A stretch of 64,000 nt of DNA from an uncultured Verrucomicrobiae bacterium (GCA_963815455.1 CAWFGO010000001.1:864001-928000), one strand, 5' to 3'; counted from the first letter of the stretch, positions 31,679 through 41,751 are shown. A program made the numbers and translations. Notes: generated from the letters alone by a model not told the origin.

Positions 31679-33469
31679 ATGCCTGCTGATTTCATGCTGA
31701 CCGCCGACGAGCGGCGACTCAAACAGCGCAAGCGTCGCCGCGTCGTCGTGCTCCTGCTCCTGTTCGTGCTCATGCTCGGCGCCCTATTTCTTGCCGGCCG
31801 CCCAACCATGAACGCGATCAAAGCCTGGCAGGCACGGCGGCATGCGCGAAGTGCATTTGCCAATATCGAAAAGGAAAAATGGCTGGATGCTCGCAAAGAA
31901 GCGACTGCTGCCTATCAGCTTCGTCCGACCGAACCGGAGGCGTTACGCGCGGTGGCGCGTTTCCTTTCCCGTACCCACCAAGTCGAAGCGCTCGATTTCT
32001 GGAAACAACTGAAAGATCGACAATCACTCACCCGCGAAGATCTGCGCGATGAAGCCGCCATCGCAATCATGTCCGGCGAAACGAGCGCGGCCGAGAATGC
32101 GCTGCAGAAGTTAACGGCGACCAAGCCGGAGGCGGCGGATTGGCTGCTGGCCGCCCAATTGTCGATCCATAAAGGCGTGCCTGAGGATGCGATTTCCTCA
32201 CTTCGAAAAATCTTTGATGATCCGCGGGCGACCGAGCGCGAACAATTTCAAGCTGCGCTGTTCGAATTGGGCTCTTCCACAGACAAGGTCCACGCAGATG
32301 CCGCCTGGTCGCGCCTGGAAAAACTTTCGCGCGGCCAAAGCGCGACCGCGCTCGATGCGCTGGTTGTGTTGGCGCGTCGAGCGCTAACAAATCAGTGGAC
32401 AGAGCCCGGGGATCACAGGTCAGAGATCGAAAAGTTGAGCCGGGCACTGGAAACGCATCCACTGGCAAAGGCTTCGCAAAAACTCGCTGCGCTCGATTTG
32501 TTGGAAAAGATCGATCCAACGCGGCGCGAAGCGTTGATCGCACGCGGAATCGCCGATTGGAAGGGCGGCGATCCGGCGTCACTCGCAGCCCTTGCCACCT
32601 GGCTCAATGGCAAAGGCGAATACCAACGCGAACTCGATACAATTCCGCTGGAGAAAGCGCTACAGGACCGCGATCTGTTCCTGCAGCGTCTCGATGCGCT
32701 CGGGGCGCTCAATCGCTGGGAGGAAGTCAAACAACTTGTGGACGCGGACCGTTTCCCTCTCGAGCCCCTCGTTCAAAAAATGTATCTCGCCCGCTGCAAC
32801 GCTAAGCTGGGCGAAAAAACGGCAGCCGAAAATAATTGGCAGCGCGCACTGGAAGCCGCCGGAGGCGATCCGGCAAAATTAATGACGGTGGCCGAGTACG
32901 CGGAAAAAAACGGCCTGCGCGAAGTCGCGGGCTCGGCCTACGACGCGGCTGCTACCGAGGCACCGAGATTGCGAACCGCCCAACAAGGCCGTTTGCGGAT
33001 CGCGCAGGCCAGCAGCGACGCCCAAAAGATCCGCGCTGTTCTTGCCGACATGCGGCGTCTCTGGCCTAACGATCCGGCGGTGCAAAACGACGAAGCGTAT
33101 ATGAAATTATTGCTCCTCGGCAGCAGTAGCCGGAATGACGAAGAACGGAGGGCGCGAGACAAAGCGCTGAAAGAGATTGAGCAGGTCGCTGAAAAATTGG
33201 TGCAGCGCGACGCCGCCAGCATGCCGCATCGGACCCTTCTCGCGCTGGCGCGGCTTCGCCAAAATCGTGCGACGGATGCCCTGACTGTTTATGCGCACAT
33301 TCAGGTCACGCCTCGCGCCCTCACGCCTTCCGCACTGGCCGTGCACGCCGCCGTGTTGTCTGCCAATGGCCACTCAAAGGAAGCCAAAGAGGAAGCCGCC
33401 CAGATCAAGATCGACAATCTTCTGCCGGAAGAGCGCGCATTAGTCCAAGAGGTAATCAGTAACCAGTGA
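31679..33469 (+). CDS. Membrane-anchored TPR-like protein
   Basis: Basic stretch plus an N-terminal TM helix, followed by Ala/Leu-rich helical repeats. Confidence 0.7.
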   Translation: MPADFMLTADERRLKQRKRRRVVVLLLLFVLMLGALFLAGRPTMNAIKAWQARRHARSAFANIEKEKWLDARKEATAAYQLRPTEPEALRAVARFLSRTHQVEALDFWKQLKDRQSLTREDLRDEAAIAIMSGETSAAENALQKLTATKPEAADWLLAAQLSIHKGVPEDAISSLRKIFDDPRATEREQFQAALFELGSSTDKVHADAAWSRLEKLSRGQSATALDALVVLARRALTNQWTEPGDHRSEIEKLSRALETHPLAKASQKLAALDLLEKIDPTRREALIARGIADWKGGDPASLAALATWLNGKGEYQRELDTIPLEKALQDRDLFLQRLDALGALNRWEEVKQLVDADRFPLEPLVQKMYLARCNAKLGEKTAAENNWQRALEAAGGDPAKLMTVAEYAEKNGLREVAGSAYDAAATEAPRLRTAQQGRLRIAQASSDAQKIRAVLADMRRLWPNDPAVQNDEAYMKLLLLGSSSRNDEERRARDKALKEIEQVAEKLVQRDAASMPHRTLLALARLRQNRATDALTVYAHIQVTPRALTPSALAVHAAVLSANGHSKEAKEEAAQIKIDNLLPEERALVQEVISNQ

Positions 33470-33516
33470 AAAATGCCGCTGCTTGCGCATATGGCTTGAA
33501 CGTCTAGTTTTGGTCG

Positions 33517-34557
33517 ATGCGCTTTCGCACCTACAAAAACACCGATCTCAAAGTGAGCGAAGTCGGGTTCGGTCTCTGGACGATTTCGACCGGCTGGTGG
33601 GGAAAGTTTACCGAGGGCGAAGCGATTGCCCTAATGCACAAGGCGTTCGATCTGGGGGTAACGTTGTTCGACGCAGCCGATACTTACGGAAATGGTTTGA
33701 GCGAAGAATTGATCGCGAAAGCGTTTCCGAATCAGCGGGATGAAATCACGATCGCGACCAAGGTTGGTTACGATTTCGTTCATCATGGCGAAGCGCGCGG
33801 GCGCGGTCAGCGGGAAATTCCGCAGGATTTTTCGCCGGAGGCGATTGAACGCGCCACGGATGCGGCGTTGAAACGATTGAAGACCGACCGGATCGACCTG
33901 CTGCAACTGCACAATATTCGCATGGAGCAGATCGATGACGACGCGCTTTGGAAAACGCTCGATCGATTAAAATCCACCGGGAAAATTCGTTACTACGGCA
34001 TCGCGCTGGGGCCGGCGATCGGCTGGCTGTATGAGGGAGCGAATTGCGTCCGCGAACGCGACGTGACCAGCGTGCAGCACATCTACAATATGCTCGAGCA
34101 GCATCCCGGTCGCGCCATTCACGACGCCGCGACCGATGCCGCCAAGGACACGATGTTTCTCATCCGGGTCACGCATTCCTCGGGAATGCTCGAAGGTAAT
34201 TACACCGTCGACACCGTCTTTCCGCCAACCGATCATCGTAGCCATCGCCCGCGAAGTTGGCTACTCAACGGGATCAAGAAGATCGACAAGTTACGGTTTC
34301 TCGAAAATTCCGAACGAACGCTCGGCCAGGCGGCGTTGCAATGGCTGCTGGCCGACGATCGGATCGCTTCGACGTTGCCGAATATTTACAACGAAGAACA
34401 AGTCGTTGAATTCGCCAGGGCGCCGGAATGTCCGTCGCTTACCAGCGACGACATGGCGAAGATCGACAACCTTTATTCCGAGAATTTCGGGGTCGAAGAA
34501 GAACCGTCCAAGTTCAAAGGCACGATGGAGTTGCCGAAAGAAACTGCGGCTGCTTGA
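33517..34557 (+). CDS. Aldo/keto reductase
   Basis: VSEVGFG, FDAADTYGNGLSEE, IATKVG, LKRLKTDRIDLLQLHN. Confidence 0.92.
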   Translation: MRFRTYKNTDLKVSEVGFGLWTISTGWWGKFTEGEAIALMHKAFDLGVTLFDAADTYGNGLSEELIAKAFPNQRDEITIATKVGYDFVHHGEARGRGQREIPQDFSPEAIERATDAALKRLKTDRIDLLQLHNIRMEQIDDDALWKTLDRLKSTGKIRYYGIALGPAIGWLYEGANCVRERDVTSVQHIYNMLEQHPGRAIHDAATDAAKDTMFLIRVTHSSGMLEGNYTVDTVFPPTDHRSHRPRSWLLNGIKKIDKLRFLENSERTLGQAALQWLLADDRIASTLPNIYNEEQVVEFARAPECPSLTSDDMAKIDNLYSENFGVEEEPSKFKGTMELPKETAAA

Positions 34558-34564
34558 TATCATC

Positions 34565-34659
34565 GTCATCCCGAGCGGAGTCGAGGGATCCCGTTGCAAA
34601 ACGTGCAGATAACACAACGGGATCCCTCGACCCCGAAAGCTTTCGGGGCTCGGGATGAC
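34565..34659. repeat. CGTC-tagged palindromic miniature element, family 1 copy A
   Basis: GTCATCCCGAGC-GGA-GTCGAGGGATCCCGTTG…CAACGGGATCCCTCGAC-CCCGAAAGCTTTCGGG-GCTCGGGATGAC. Confidence 0.9.
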
Positions 34660-34678
34660 AGCGTGCGTTGAGTATCGA

Positions 34679-36691
34679 TCAATCCGATTGATCTTCTTCC
34701 GCCGGTTGAGACCGATGATTTTGTTCCATCGGCCGCACATTCAACGGCTGCTGGCGCCGGCCGTTCGCCTGCTCGCCTTTGTAAACGGCCTTGAAAATAT
34801 CCGCGATCATCGGCGCGGCCACGGTCCCGCCGTGCACGTTACTGCCAACGTCGCCTTCGTAAACCGCGGCGAAAGCGAATTGCGGCTGTTCGGCCGGCAT
34901 GAACCCGGCGAACCACGCGGCGGTGCGCTCCTTGTCCTTCGGTCCCCATTGCGCGGTGCCGGTTTTTCCCGCTACTTCAACATTATCGAGGCTGGCCTCG
35001 TGCCCGGTACCGCCGGGACCGTTGACGACCTCGATCAATCCGGTCCGTAATTCGTCCATCGTAATGGGCGAGGCATCGAGGGTTTTCTTGGCGCGGACTT
35101 GATAGGCGGTCACGATTTCATTGTCCAGCGTCTGGACCTGCTGGACGAGACGCGCCTGATAAAACGTGCCGCCGTTGGCGACGATTCCCACCGCTTGCGC
35201 CATTTGCAGCGGCGTGACCTGCACGTCGCCCTGGCCGATCGACAAGTTCGCGACGTCGCCGTTGAGCAATTTCCGGCCGTGGGTCGCTTTCATGTATTCG
35301 TCGTTCGGCACGCGCCCCTCCGCTTCGCCGCGCAACGGGATGCCGCACTTCGCCCCAAAACCGAGCTTCAACGCCCAATCGACGATCGGTTCCGCGCCAG
35401 TCTTGATTCCGGCCTGATAAAACCACGTGTCGCACGATTCGGTCAGCGCCCGGACGAAATTCATCGCGCCGCGGTCTTCCTTTTTCCAATTCCGAAAAGT
35501 CAGGTTGCCGATCTCGATCGAGGGCACGCATTGAAATTGATCCTCCGGTCGGACCGCGCCGCTCTCAAAAGCGGCAATGCCGACGGCAATTTTAAAGACC
35601 GAGCCTGGTGGATAAGACGATCGAAACGCCCGCGGCAAAAGCGGAATGTTCGGGTCGTCCTGAAGCGCCTTGAATTTTTCCGCCGAGATCGACGGCACGA
35701 ACACATTCGGATCGTAAGTCGGCCACGAAGCCAGGGCGAGAATGTCGCCGGTGTTAGGATCGACAATCGCGATTGCGCCGCGCTTTGCTCTCGCTTCGAG
35801 CGCTTTCTCCGCCAGTTCCTGGAGGCGGAGATCGAGAGTGGTCACAACGTTGTAGCCGGGCACCGGCGGCGTGATCAATTTCTCGGAAGTTTTGCGGCCG
35901 TCCTTGTTGAACGTGAGTTTGTATTCCCCATGCTTGCCGGTGAGCATGTCGTTGAACGTTTGCTCGAGACCCTCGCGCCCCTCTGTCTCCGGCCAAATCG
36001 TTTCATGATTGTCCACAATGCCGTCGGGATTGCGCCCGGTTTTCCCGGTGTAACCAATCACCTGGCCGGCAACTTTCCCGTTCGGATAAACGCGCACATA
36101 AATCGGCCGGACGACAATCTCCTCCGGCAGGTCGTCCTTCACTTTCTTGTATTCCGGCTCGCTCAGATTCTGCGCGATCTCGAACGGCATGATGCCGCGA
36201 TTCCGGTAGTGCCGCAGGATCGCATCGTCGGATATTTTTATTTCCCGCCCGATCAACTTCGCGGCCGCGGCAATTTTCTCGCGAGCAAACCCGATCGCCT
36301 GAGCATCGGAAAAATCGAGCGGGGTCGGAAAATTAATGGCCAGATTGTAGCTGAGTTTGTTTTGGGCAAGTGGCACGCCATGCCGATCAGTGATCTGCCC
36401 GCGCGGCGCCGGAACATCGAGGATGTAAGTGCGAGCCAGTTTCTGCGTCTCGAAAGTTGGAATGATCGTCTCTTCTTCTTCGCTCTCCGGCGGACTCGGG
36501 GACCCGCTCGGCGCCACGCTTGGCGTCGGGCTCGGCTGCAGGTCCGGAGTTGCACTCAGGGCCGGGCTGGGCTTTGCCCCCGGTGTCGCGCTTGGAGTTG
36601 GCGACTGCGCACTAGACACTGCCGGCACAGCGAAGATCGACAACGCGATGCAGAGACAAAGTTGAGTTACCCAAATTTTCCCGAGAAACAT
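34679..36691 (-). CDS. mrdA: Penicillin-binding protein 2 (class B PBP)
   Basis: APRGQITDR, SVFK (SxxK), SCD (SxN-like), KTGTAQ. Start set at ATG 36691; the ORF-track extension is repeat-derived. Confidence 0.88.
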   Translation of the reverse strand: MFLGKIWVTQLCLCIALSIFAVPAVSSAQSPTPSATPGAKPSPALSATPDLQPSPTPSVAPSGSPSPPESEEEETIIPTFETQKLARTYILDVPAPRGQITDRHGVPLAQNKLSYNLAINFPTPLDFSDAQAIGFAREKIAAAAKLIGREIKISDDAILRHYRNRGIMPFEIAQNLSEPEYKKVKDDLPEEIVVRPIYVRVYPNGKVAGQVIGYTGKTGRNPDGIVDNHETIWPETEGREGLEQTFNDMLTGKHGEYKLTFNKDGRKTSEKLITPPVPGYNVVTTLDLRLQELAEKALEARAKRGAIAIVDPNTGDILALASWPTYDPNVFVPSISAEKFKALQDDPNIPLLPRAFRSSYPPGSVFKIAVGIAAFESGAVRPEDQFQCVPSIEIGNLTFRNWKKEDRGAMNFVRALTESCDTWFYQAGIKTGAEPIVDWALKLGFGAKCGIPLRGEAEGRVPNDEYMKATHGRKLLNGDVANLSIGQGDVQVTPLQMAQAVGIVANGGTFYQARLVQQVQTLDNEIVTAYQVRAKKTLDASPITMDELRTGLIEVVNGPGGTGHEASLDNVEVAGKTGTAQWGPKDKERTAAWFAGFMPAEQPQFAFAAVYEGDVGSNVHGGTVAAPMIADIFKAVYKGEQANGRRQQPLNVRPMEQNHRSQPAEEDQSD

Positions 36692-36700
36692 TTTACGGTC

Positions 36701-36793
36701 GTCATCCCGAGCGAAATCGAGGGATCCCGCGGAATTGCGTTCCATCTTGCGCAACGGGATTCCTCGACTCCGCTGCGCTTCGCTCGGAATGAC
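36701..36793. repeat. Family 1 palindromic element copy B
   Basis: GTCATCCCGAGCGAAATCGAGGGATCCCG…CGGGATTCCTCGACTCCGCTGCGCTTCGCTCGGAATGAC. Confidence 0.9.
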
Positions 36794-36822
36794 CGCGACT
36801 CTCGGCAACATCTGCGGATAAA

Positions 36823-38460
36823 TCAATGCCTTTGCAAAAATCGATGAAGTTCGTCGGCCAGTTTGCGCCCGATCCCTTCCGTCGCAGCGATCTCTTCCAC
36901 GCTCGCTTTGCGCAGTCGATTTACCGAACCGAATCTGCGCAAAAGCACGTTCTTCCGGTTCTGGCTCACCCCGGGACAATCATCGAGAATGCTTTCACCG
37001 ATCCGCTTTTTCATGAGCAGTTGGTGATAGGCGTTGGCGAAACGGTGCGCTTCATCGCGAATCCGCTGGAGCAATCGCAAAGCGCCTGAATCGAGAGGCA
37101 GTTGCAACGGCATGGCCCGGCCCGGCCGGTAAATCTCTTCGTGTTCCTTGGCCAAACCTATGATCGGCAAGTCGTGCAGGCCAAGCCGCTGCAACTCCCG
37201 ACACGCCATCGAAAGCTGTCCCTTTCCTCCATCGACAATGATGAGATCCGGCAAACGAACGGCAACAAAACTTTCGTCATTCCGAGCCCCGAATGCTTTC
37301 GGGGTCGAGGGATCCCGCGGCGCTGCCTCTTCGTTATGCAACGGGATCCCTCCACTTCGGTCGGGATGACCAGAACGAGCAATCGCTTCGGCCGGATTTT
37401 CCTGCGAAAATTCCGCAATATCGGGATTCGCCTCGCGCGCTTCGAGCAAGATCCGCGAGTACCGACGACGCACGACTTCCGCCATGCTGGCAAAATCATC
37501 CTGCCCCTCAACGGTTCGCACTCGATACCGCCGGTAATTATCCTTGTCCGGCACGCCGTCGCGGAAACAAACCATCGAAGCAACGATATGCGTTGTGGAA
37601 ATGTTCGAGATGTCGAAACACTCCATCACGCGCGGCGGGCGCGAAAGTTGCAGGGCATCGGCCAGCGCCTGCACATCCGCCATCGGATCGATCGTGCTCG
37701 GCAGACTGCCACGGGTGAACCGGCGCATCGGCTTCGTCGTGTCGCGGACGCTTTCGATCATGTCCCGCAACTCCGCCGCTTTTTCAAAATCGGTTTTGTC
37801 GGCGGCCTTCCGCATCTCCTCTTCCAGGTTCGCGATCATCTCTCGCGATCGTCCTTCGAGAAATTCGCAGGCCTGGGCGACGCGTTCCCGATATTGCTCG
37901 GCACTGATCTCGCTCAGACGCATCGGCACTTGATAAGTCGATGATTTCAATTCACGCGCAGTGGGCGAGCCGCGGCCAAAGGTCAGCACACCGAATTTCT
38001 TGCGCATGAAATTGAGCGTCTGCCGCAACGCGCCCGAATGCGCATACGGGCCGAAGTAGCGCGCACTATCGTCCTTCTTGAATCGGGCCAGGCGAAACCG
38101 CGGCCAATCCTCCGAGATGTCGATCTTAACCAGGAGAAATCGTTTATCGTCGCGGAAGGAAATATTGTAACGCGGCCGGTATTCCTTGATCAATTTGCCT
38201 TCGAGCAAAACCGATTCCGCATCGCTCCGCACGGTGTGGGTCTCAAAATCCCAGACCGCCTCCAACATGGCGCGCGTCTTCAGATCGGCTTGCGCGATTT
38301 TCGACGGCAGAAAGTATGAGCTGACCCGTTTGCGCAGGTCGCGCGCCTTGCCCACGTAAATGACGCGATTAAACCGGTCGCGCATCAAGTACACGCCGGG
38401 CTTATGCGGCACATCCTGCACCTTCTTCTGCAAATCCGGCTTCTCTTTGGTCAATCGCAT
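36823..38460 (-). CDS. uvrC: Excinuclease ABC subunit C, with an in-frame repeat-derived insertion
   Basis: GIY-YIG domain (PGVYLM…YVGKA), ECFDISN, DDFASM, PDLIIVDGGKGQL, RDEAHRFA, HhH tail. Confidence 0.95.
   Translation of the reverse strand: MRLTKEKPDLQKKVQDVPHKPGVYLMRDRFNRVIYVGKARDLRKRVSSYFLPSKIAQADLKTRAMLEAVWDFETHTVRSDAESVLLEGKLIKEYRPRYNISFRDDKRFLLVKIDISEDWPRFRLARFKKDDSARYFGPYAHSGALRQTLNFMRKKFGVLTFGRGSPTARELKSSTYQVPMRLSEISAEQYRERVAQACEFLEGRSREMIANLEEEMRKAADKTDFEKAAELRDMIESVRDTTKPMRRFTRGSLPSTIDPMADVQALADALQLSRPPRVMECFDISNISTTHIVASMVCFRDGVPDKDNYRRYRVRTVEGQDDFASMAEVVRRRYSRILLEAREANPDIAEFSQENPAEAIARSGHPDRSGGIPLHNEEAAPRDPSTPKAFGARNDESFVAVRLPDLIIVDGGKGQLSMACRELQRLGLHDLPIIGLAKEHEEIYRPGRAMPLQLPLDSGALRLLQRIRDEAHRFANAYHQLLMKKRIGESILDDCPGVSQNRKNVLLRRFGSVNRLRKASVEEIAATEGIGRKLADELHRFLQRH
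37276..37370. repeat. Family 1 palindromic element copy C (inside uvrC)
   Basis: GTCATTCCGAGC-CCCGAATGCTTTCGGG-GTCGAGGGATCCCG…CGGGATCCCTCCACTTCGGTCGGGATGAC; opposite orientation to copy A. Confidence 0.9.
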
Positions 38461-38495
38461 CGGAAGCCGTCAAATTACGCGAGAATTGCGCGCCC

Positions 38496-38576
38496 GTCAT
38501 TCTGAGCGAAGTCGAAGAATCTCGTGGTGTACTTCGAGATTTCGCAACGGGATCCCTCGACTGCGCTCGGGATGAC
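38496..38576. repeat. Family 1 palindromic element copy D
   Basis: GTCATTCTGAGCGAAGTCGAAGAATCTCG…CGGGATCCCTCGACTGCGCTCGGGATGAC. Confidence 0.88.
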
Positions 38577-38585
38577 TAGGAATGT

Positions 38586-39668
38586 CTACGTCACCCGCTG
38601 TTTGGGCATGGCCGAATGCACCATCATCAATTCGCTCACGTTCTCCGGCGTGAGCAGACCGACGAGGCGCTTCATGCTATCGAGCACGGGCAGGGCCGGG
38701 CAATTGCACTCCTGCATGATGCGGAATGCTTCTTCGAATCGCGTCCCGGTGGTCACGGTTGGAATATCGCGCCGCATGACGTCGCCCACGCGAAGCCCGG
38801 GATCGTTTTTGCGCAGCGCGGCGATCAGATCGTGCCGGGTAAGTACACCGGCGACATTCCCGCTTTCGTCCACCACCGGAAAATCATGCTGGGAAGTGGC
38901 CAGCAACGCATCCACCGCTTCCTGAAGTGTTGCGGTTGCCACCAATGTGCGAAACTCGCGCACCATCGCGGTCGAAACGGGAAATCGGCGAGAGACATCA
39001 CGCATTTGAGCGAGAGCCGCTTCCTGCGATGCGCCGATGTAAACAAAGAGAGCAATGAATATTAAGAACGGATTCCAGAGGAGCCCGGCAAATCCAAAGG
39101 CAAAGGCAAACCCCTGGCCAACGAGCGCAGCGATCTGAGTCGCGCGGGCGTAACTGAGCCGGGTGGCCAGCAGTGCACGCAACACGCGGCCGCCGTCCAT
39201 CGGAAATGCAGGCAATAAATTAAATAGGACCAGCACGATGTTGATCGTCATTAGCTGCGGAATGAGAGCTCCTCCTTCAACCGTTGAGGAATCAAGCGAG
39301 GCCCGGCCGCCACCCGCGACAAATAAACCGAGCGCGATAACGACGTTCACCATTGGACCGGCAACGGCGATGATCAGCTCCTGCTTCGGGTCCTCCGGCA
39401 TTCGCTCCAATCGTGCAACGCCGCCGATCGGAAGCAACGTGATATCGGGCGTATTAATGCCGAAAGCTTTCGCCGCGAACGCGTGCCCGAATTCGTGCAA
39501 CACGACGCAAAGGAAGAGGAGCAAAATGAATATGACCCGGCTCGCGGCCACAGCGGAACCGCCTTGAGAGTAATAACCGAAAGCCAGCCACCCGATTAGC
39601 AGCAAGAACGTGACGTGAATCCGCAATTGGATGCCGGCGACGCGAAAAATTGGAAGAGACCAGCCCAT
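38586..39668 (-). CDS. Site-2 protease (M50) with tandem CBS domains
   Basis: HEFGH, AGPMVN, FNLLPAFPMDGGR, two CBS repeats; start MGWSLPIF. Confidence 0.92.
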   Translation of the reverse strand: MGWSLPIFRVAGIQLRIHVTFLLLIGWLAFGYYSQGGSAVAASRVIFILLLFLCVVLHEFGHAFAAKAFGINTPDITLLPIGGVARLERMPEDPKQELIIAVAGPMVNVVIALGLFVAGGGRASLDSSTVEGGALIPQLMTINIVLVLFNLLPAFPMDGGRVLRALLATRLSYARATQIAALVGQGFAFAFGFAGLLWNPFLIFIALFVYIGASQEAALAQMRDVSRRFPVSTAMVREFRTLVATATLQEAVDALLATSQHDFPVVDESGNVAGVLTRHDLIAALRKNDPGLRVGDVMRRDIPTVTTGTRFEEAFRIMQECNCPALPVLDSMKRLVGLLTPENVSELMMVHSAMPKQRVT

Positions 39669-39752
39669 TGAACTTAATCTCCGCTCATAATAGTTCGCAC
39701 GCCAGTATTGAATGGAATGGATGGAGTGTTGGAGTAGTGGATTAATGACTTT

Positions 39753-40835
39753 GTGACGGAACCATTTGATGTTGCGATCGTGGGCGGCGGCCCAGCCGGA
39801 TCGACCTGCGCCGCATCTTGCGCCCGGGCCGGATTGCGAACGCTTCTGCTGGAACGCGAAAAGTTTCCGCGCGAGAAAGTTTGCGGCGACTGCTTGAATC
39901 CGTCGTGCTGGCCGGTGTTGAACCGGCTCGATCTCGCCCAACGGATTCGGGCCCTGGCGCATGCGAAACTCGATCGGGTCGAGTTCATTGCCATCAGTGG
40001 CCAAAGGATGGTCGTTGATCTTTTGCCCGGTGATGAGGGCGAGTTCGCAGTCAAACGCAGTCTTCTCGATGCTCTTTTGCTTCAACGCGCTCGCGAACTC
40101 GGCGCACACGTTGCCGAGGAAACCACGGTTACAGCGTTGATCAAAGATCGGGAGTGGAAAATCGAAACAGCGAATAGCGGAAGTTTTTTTGCGCGAACGC
40201 TAGTGGGCGCTGACGGCCGCAACTCAACCGTAGCCCGCCTTTGCAACCTATTGCCGCGGCCAGAACGCGAACGCATTGGCTTGCAATCTCATCTGCCGTT
40301 GCCGGCCGATTTCGGCAACCGCGTAGTGCTGCAATTTCTTCAATATGGTTACTCCGGCCAGGCTCCGGTTACCGACACTGAGTTAAATGTTTGTCTGGTC
40401 GCGAAACCACGCGAGATAGATGCGCTCAAAACATGGGCGACAAAACGGTTTGGTGTGTCGCGCGATCACGCCTGGCGAACGATTACCCCGCTCACTCGCG
40501 ACCCAATTCCGCCTGGTCACGAGAACTTGTTTTTTATCGGCGACGCCGCCCGCGTAGTCGAGCCCTTTACCGGCGAAGGAATTTATTATGCCATGCGTTC
40601 GGGTGAACTGGCCGCGGACGCAATCGTGAAAATCACCCGGGGCGAAGGTCGACAATCGATCTTACGCAACTTCGTTGGCGCCTGTACAGAAATGTATCGC
40701 GGGCGATTGTGGATCAACCGGCTGGCCCGGGCCGCAGTCGTTTCGCCGCGTCTCGGATCTCTCTTTGTTCATTCGGCACGAATCTATCCCTCGATCTTGC
40801 GGTTGCTGACCGCGAAGATCGTAGGTGGGAACTGA
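39753..40835 (+). CDS. FAD-dependent oxidoreductase (geranylgeranyl reductase family)
   Basis: GGGPAG, FPREKVCGD, VGADGRNS, IGDAARVVEPFTGEGI. Confidence 0.85.
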   Translation: MTEPFDVAIVGGGPAGSTCAASCARAGLRTLLLEREKFPREKVCGDCLNPSCWPVLNRLDLAQRIRALAHAKLDRVEFIAISGQRMVVDLLPGDEGEFAVKRSLLDALLLQRARELGAHVAEETTVTALIKDREWKIETANSGSFFARTLVGADGRNSTVARLCNLLPRPERERIGLQSHLPLPADFGNRVVLQFLQYGYSGQAPVTDTELNVCLVAKPREIDALKTWATKRFGVSRDHAWRTITPLTRDPIPPGHENLFFIGDAARVVEPFTGEGIYYAMRSGELAADAIVKITRGEGRQSILRNFVGACTEMYRGRLWINRLARAAVVSPRLGSLFVHSARIYPSILRLLTAKIVGGN

Positions 40836-40857
40836 ACGGCCTACCTGCCGCCGGAAA

Positions 40858-40883
40858 CACGGCGACAGAGCGCCGTGGCTACA
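40858..40883 (-). repeat. GTAG-tagged REP-like palindrome overlapping the folD stop
   Basis: TGTAGCCACGGCGCTCTGTCGCCGTG on the minus strand. Confidence 0.7.
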
Positions 40884-41751
40884 ACGATTGCTGGGCCGCC
40901 TTCACCGTGTTCGACATCAACATCGCGATCGTCATCGGCCCGACACCGCCCGGCACCGGAGTGATCGCAGCCGCTTTCTTAGCGACTTCGTCGAACGCTA
41001 CATCTCCGACGAGTCGATAGCCGCGCTGGCTTGTCGGATCTTCGACTCGATTAATTCCTACATCGATCACCACCACGCCATCGCGCACGTGATCGGCTTT
41101 CAGAAAGTTGGCGCTTCCGATCGCCGCCACCACGATGTCGGCCGAGCGTGTAATCTCCGGGAGATTGCGGCTGCGGGAATGAACGACCGTCACTGTGGCG
41201 TCGATTCCTTTTCGCATGAGAAGCAGCGCCAGCGGTTTACCGACGATCATGCTCCGGCCCAAAATGACAACGTGCGCGCCGGCGATGTCGATCTTGCTCT
41301 CGACGAGCAATCGCTGGCAGCCCAGTGGCGTGCAGGGAACGAGGCCGGTTGGATCGCCGAGGGCGAGCTTCGCCACGTTCTCAGGATGAAATCCATCCAC
41401 GTCCTTGCGCGGATCAAGCGTGCGCACGACGGCCGCTTCATCGATCTGCTTCGGCGGCGGCGATTGAATAAGAATGCCGTGGATTGCCGGATCGCGATTT
41501 AATTCCTGCACGCGCGCGAGCAATTCAGCCTGCGTCGTCGAGGCCTGCAGCTCGAGCTTGACCGAATGCAGGCCGAGCTCCTGGCACATCTTATCCTTGG
41601 AACGCACATAGGCGCGCGACGCCGGGTTGTCGCCAACCAGAACGACCGCTAGTCCCGGCGTGAGACCCTTCGACCCCAATTCCGCGATTTCACGGCGAAG
41701 ATCGACATAGACTTTCTCCGCAATCGCGCGGCCATCGATTAGATTGGCCAT
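40879..41751 (-). CDS. folD: Bifunctional methylenetetrahydrofolate dehydrogenase/cyclohydrolase
   Basis: [44 protein letters not shown]. Confidence 0.96.
   Translation of the reverse strand: MANLIDGRAIAEKVYVDLRREIAELGSKGLTPGLAVVLVGDNPASRAYVRSKDKMCQELGLHSVKLELQASTTQAELLARVQELNRDPAIHGILIQSPPPKQIDEAAVVRTLDPRKDVDGFHPENVAKLALGDPTGLVPCTPLGCQRLLVESKIDIAGAHVVILGRSMIVGKPLALLLMRKGIDATVTVVHSRSRNLPEITRSADIVVAAIGSANFLKADHVRDGVVVIDVGINRVEDPTSQRGYRLVGDVAFDEVAKKAAAITPVPGGVGPMTIAMLMSNTVKAAQQSL

Noticed and set aside
36692..36979. ORF-track N-terminal extensions of mrdA (also aspS to 60640, folD to 41841, M50 protease to 40109)
   Set aside because: They run through palindromic repeats or overlap neighbouring genes. 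Family-typical N-termini begin at downstream ATGs, so they were not counted as in-frame insertions.
34565..38576. Clustered repeats as a CRISPR array
   Set aside because: Copies are kilobases apart, separated by genes, 80-95 bp long, and no cas genes are present.
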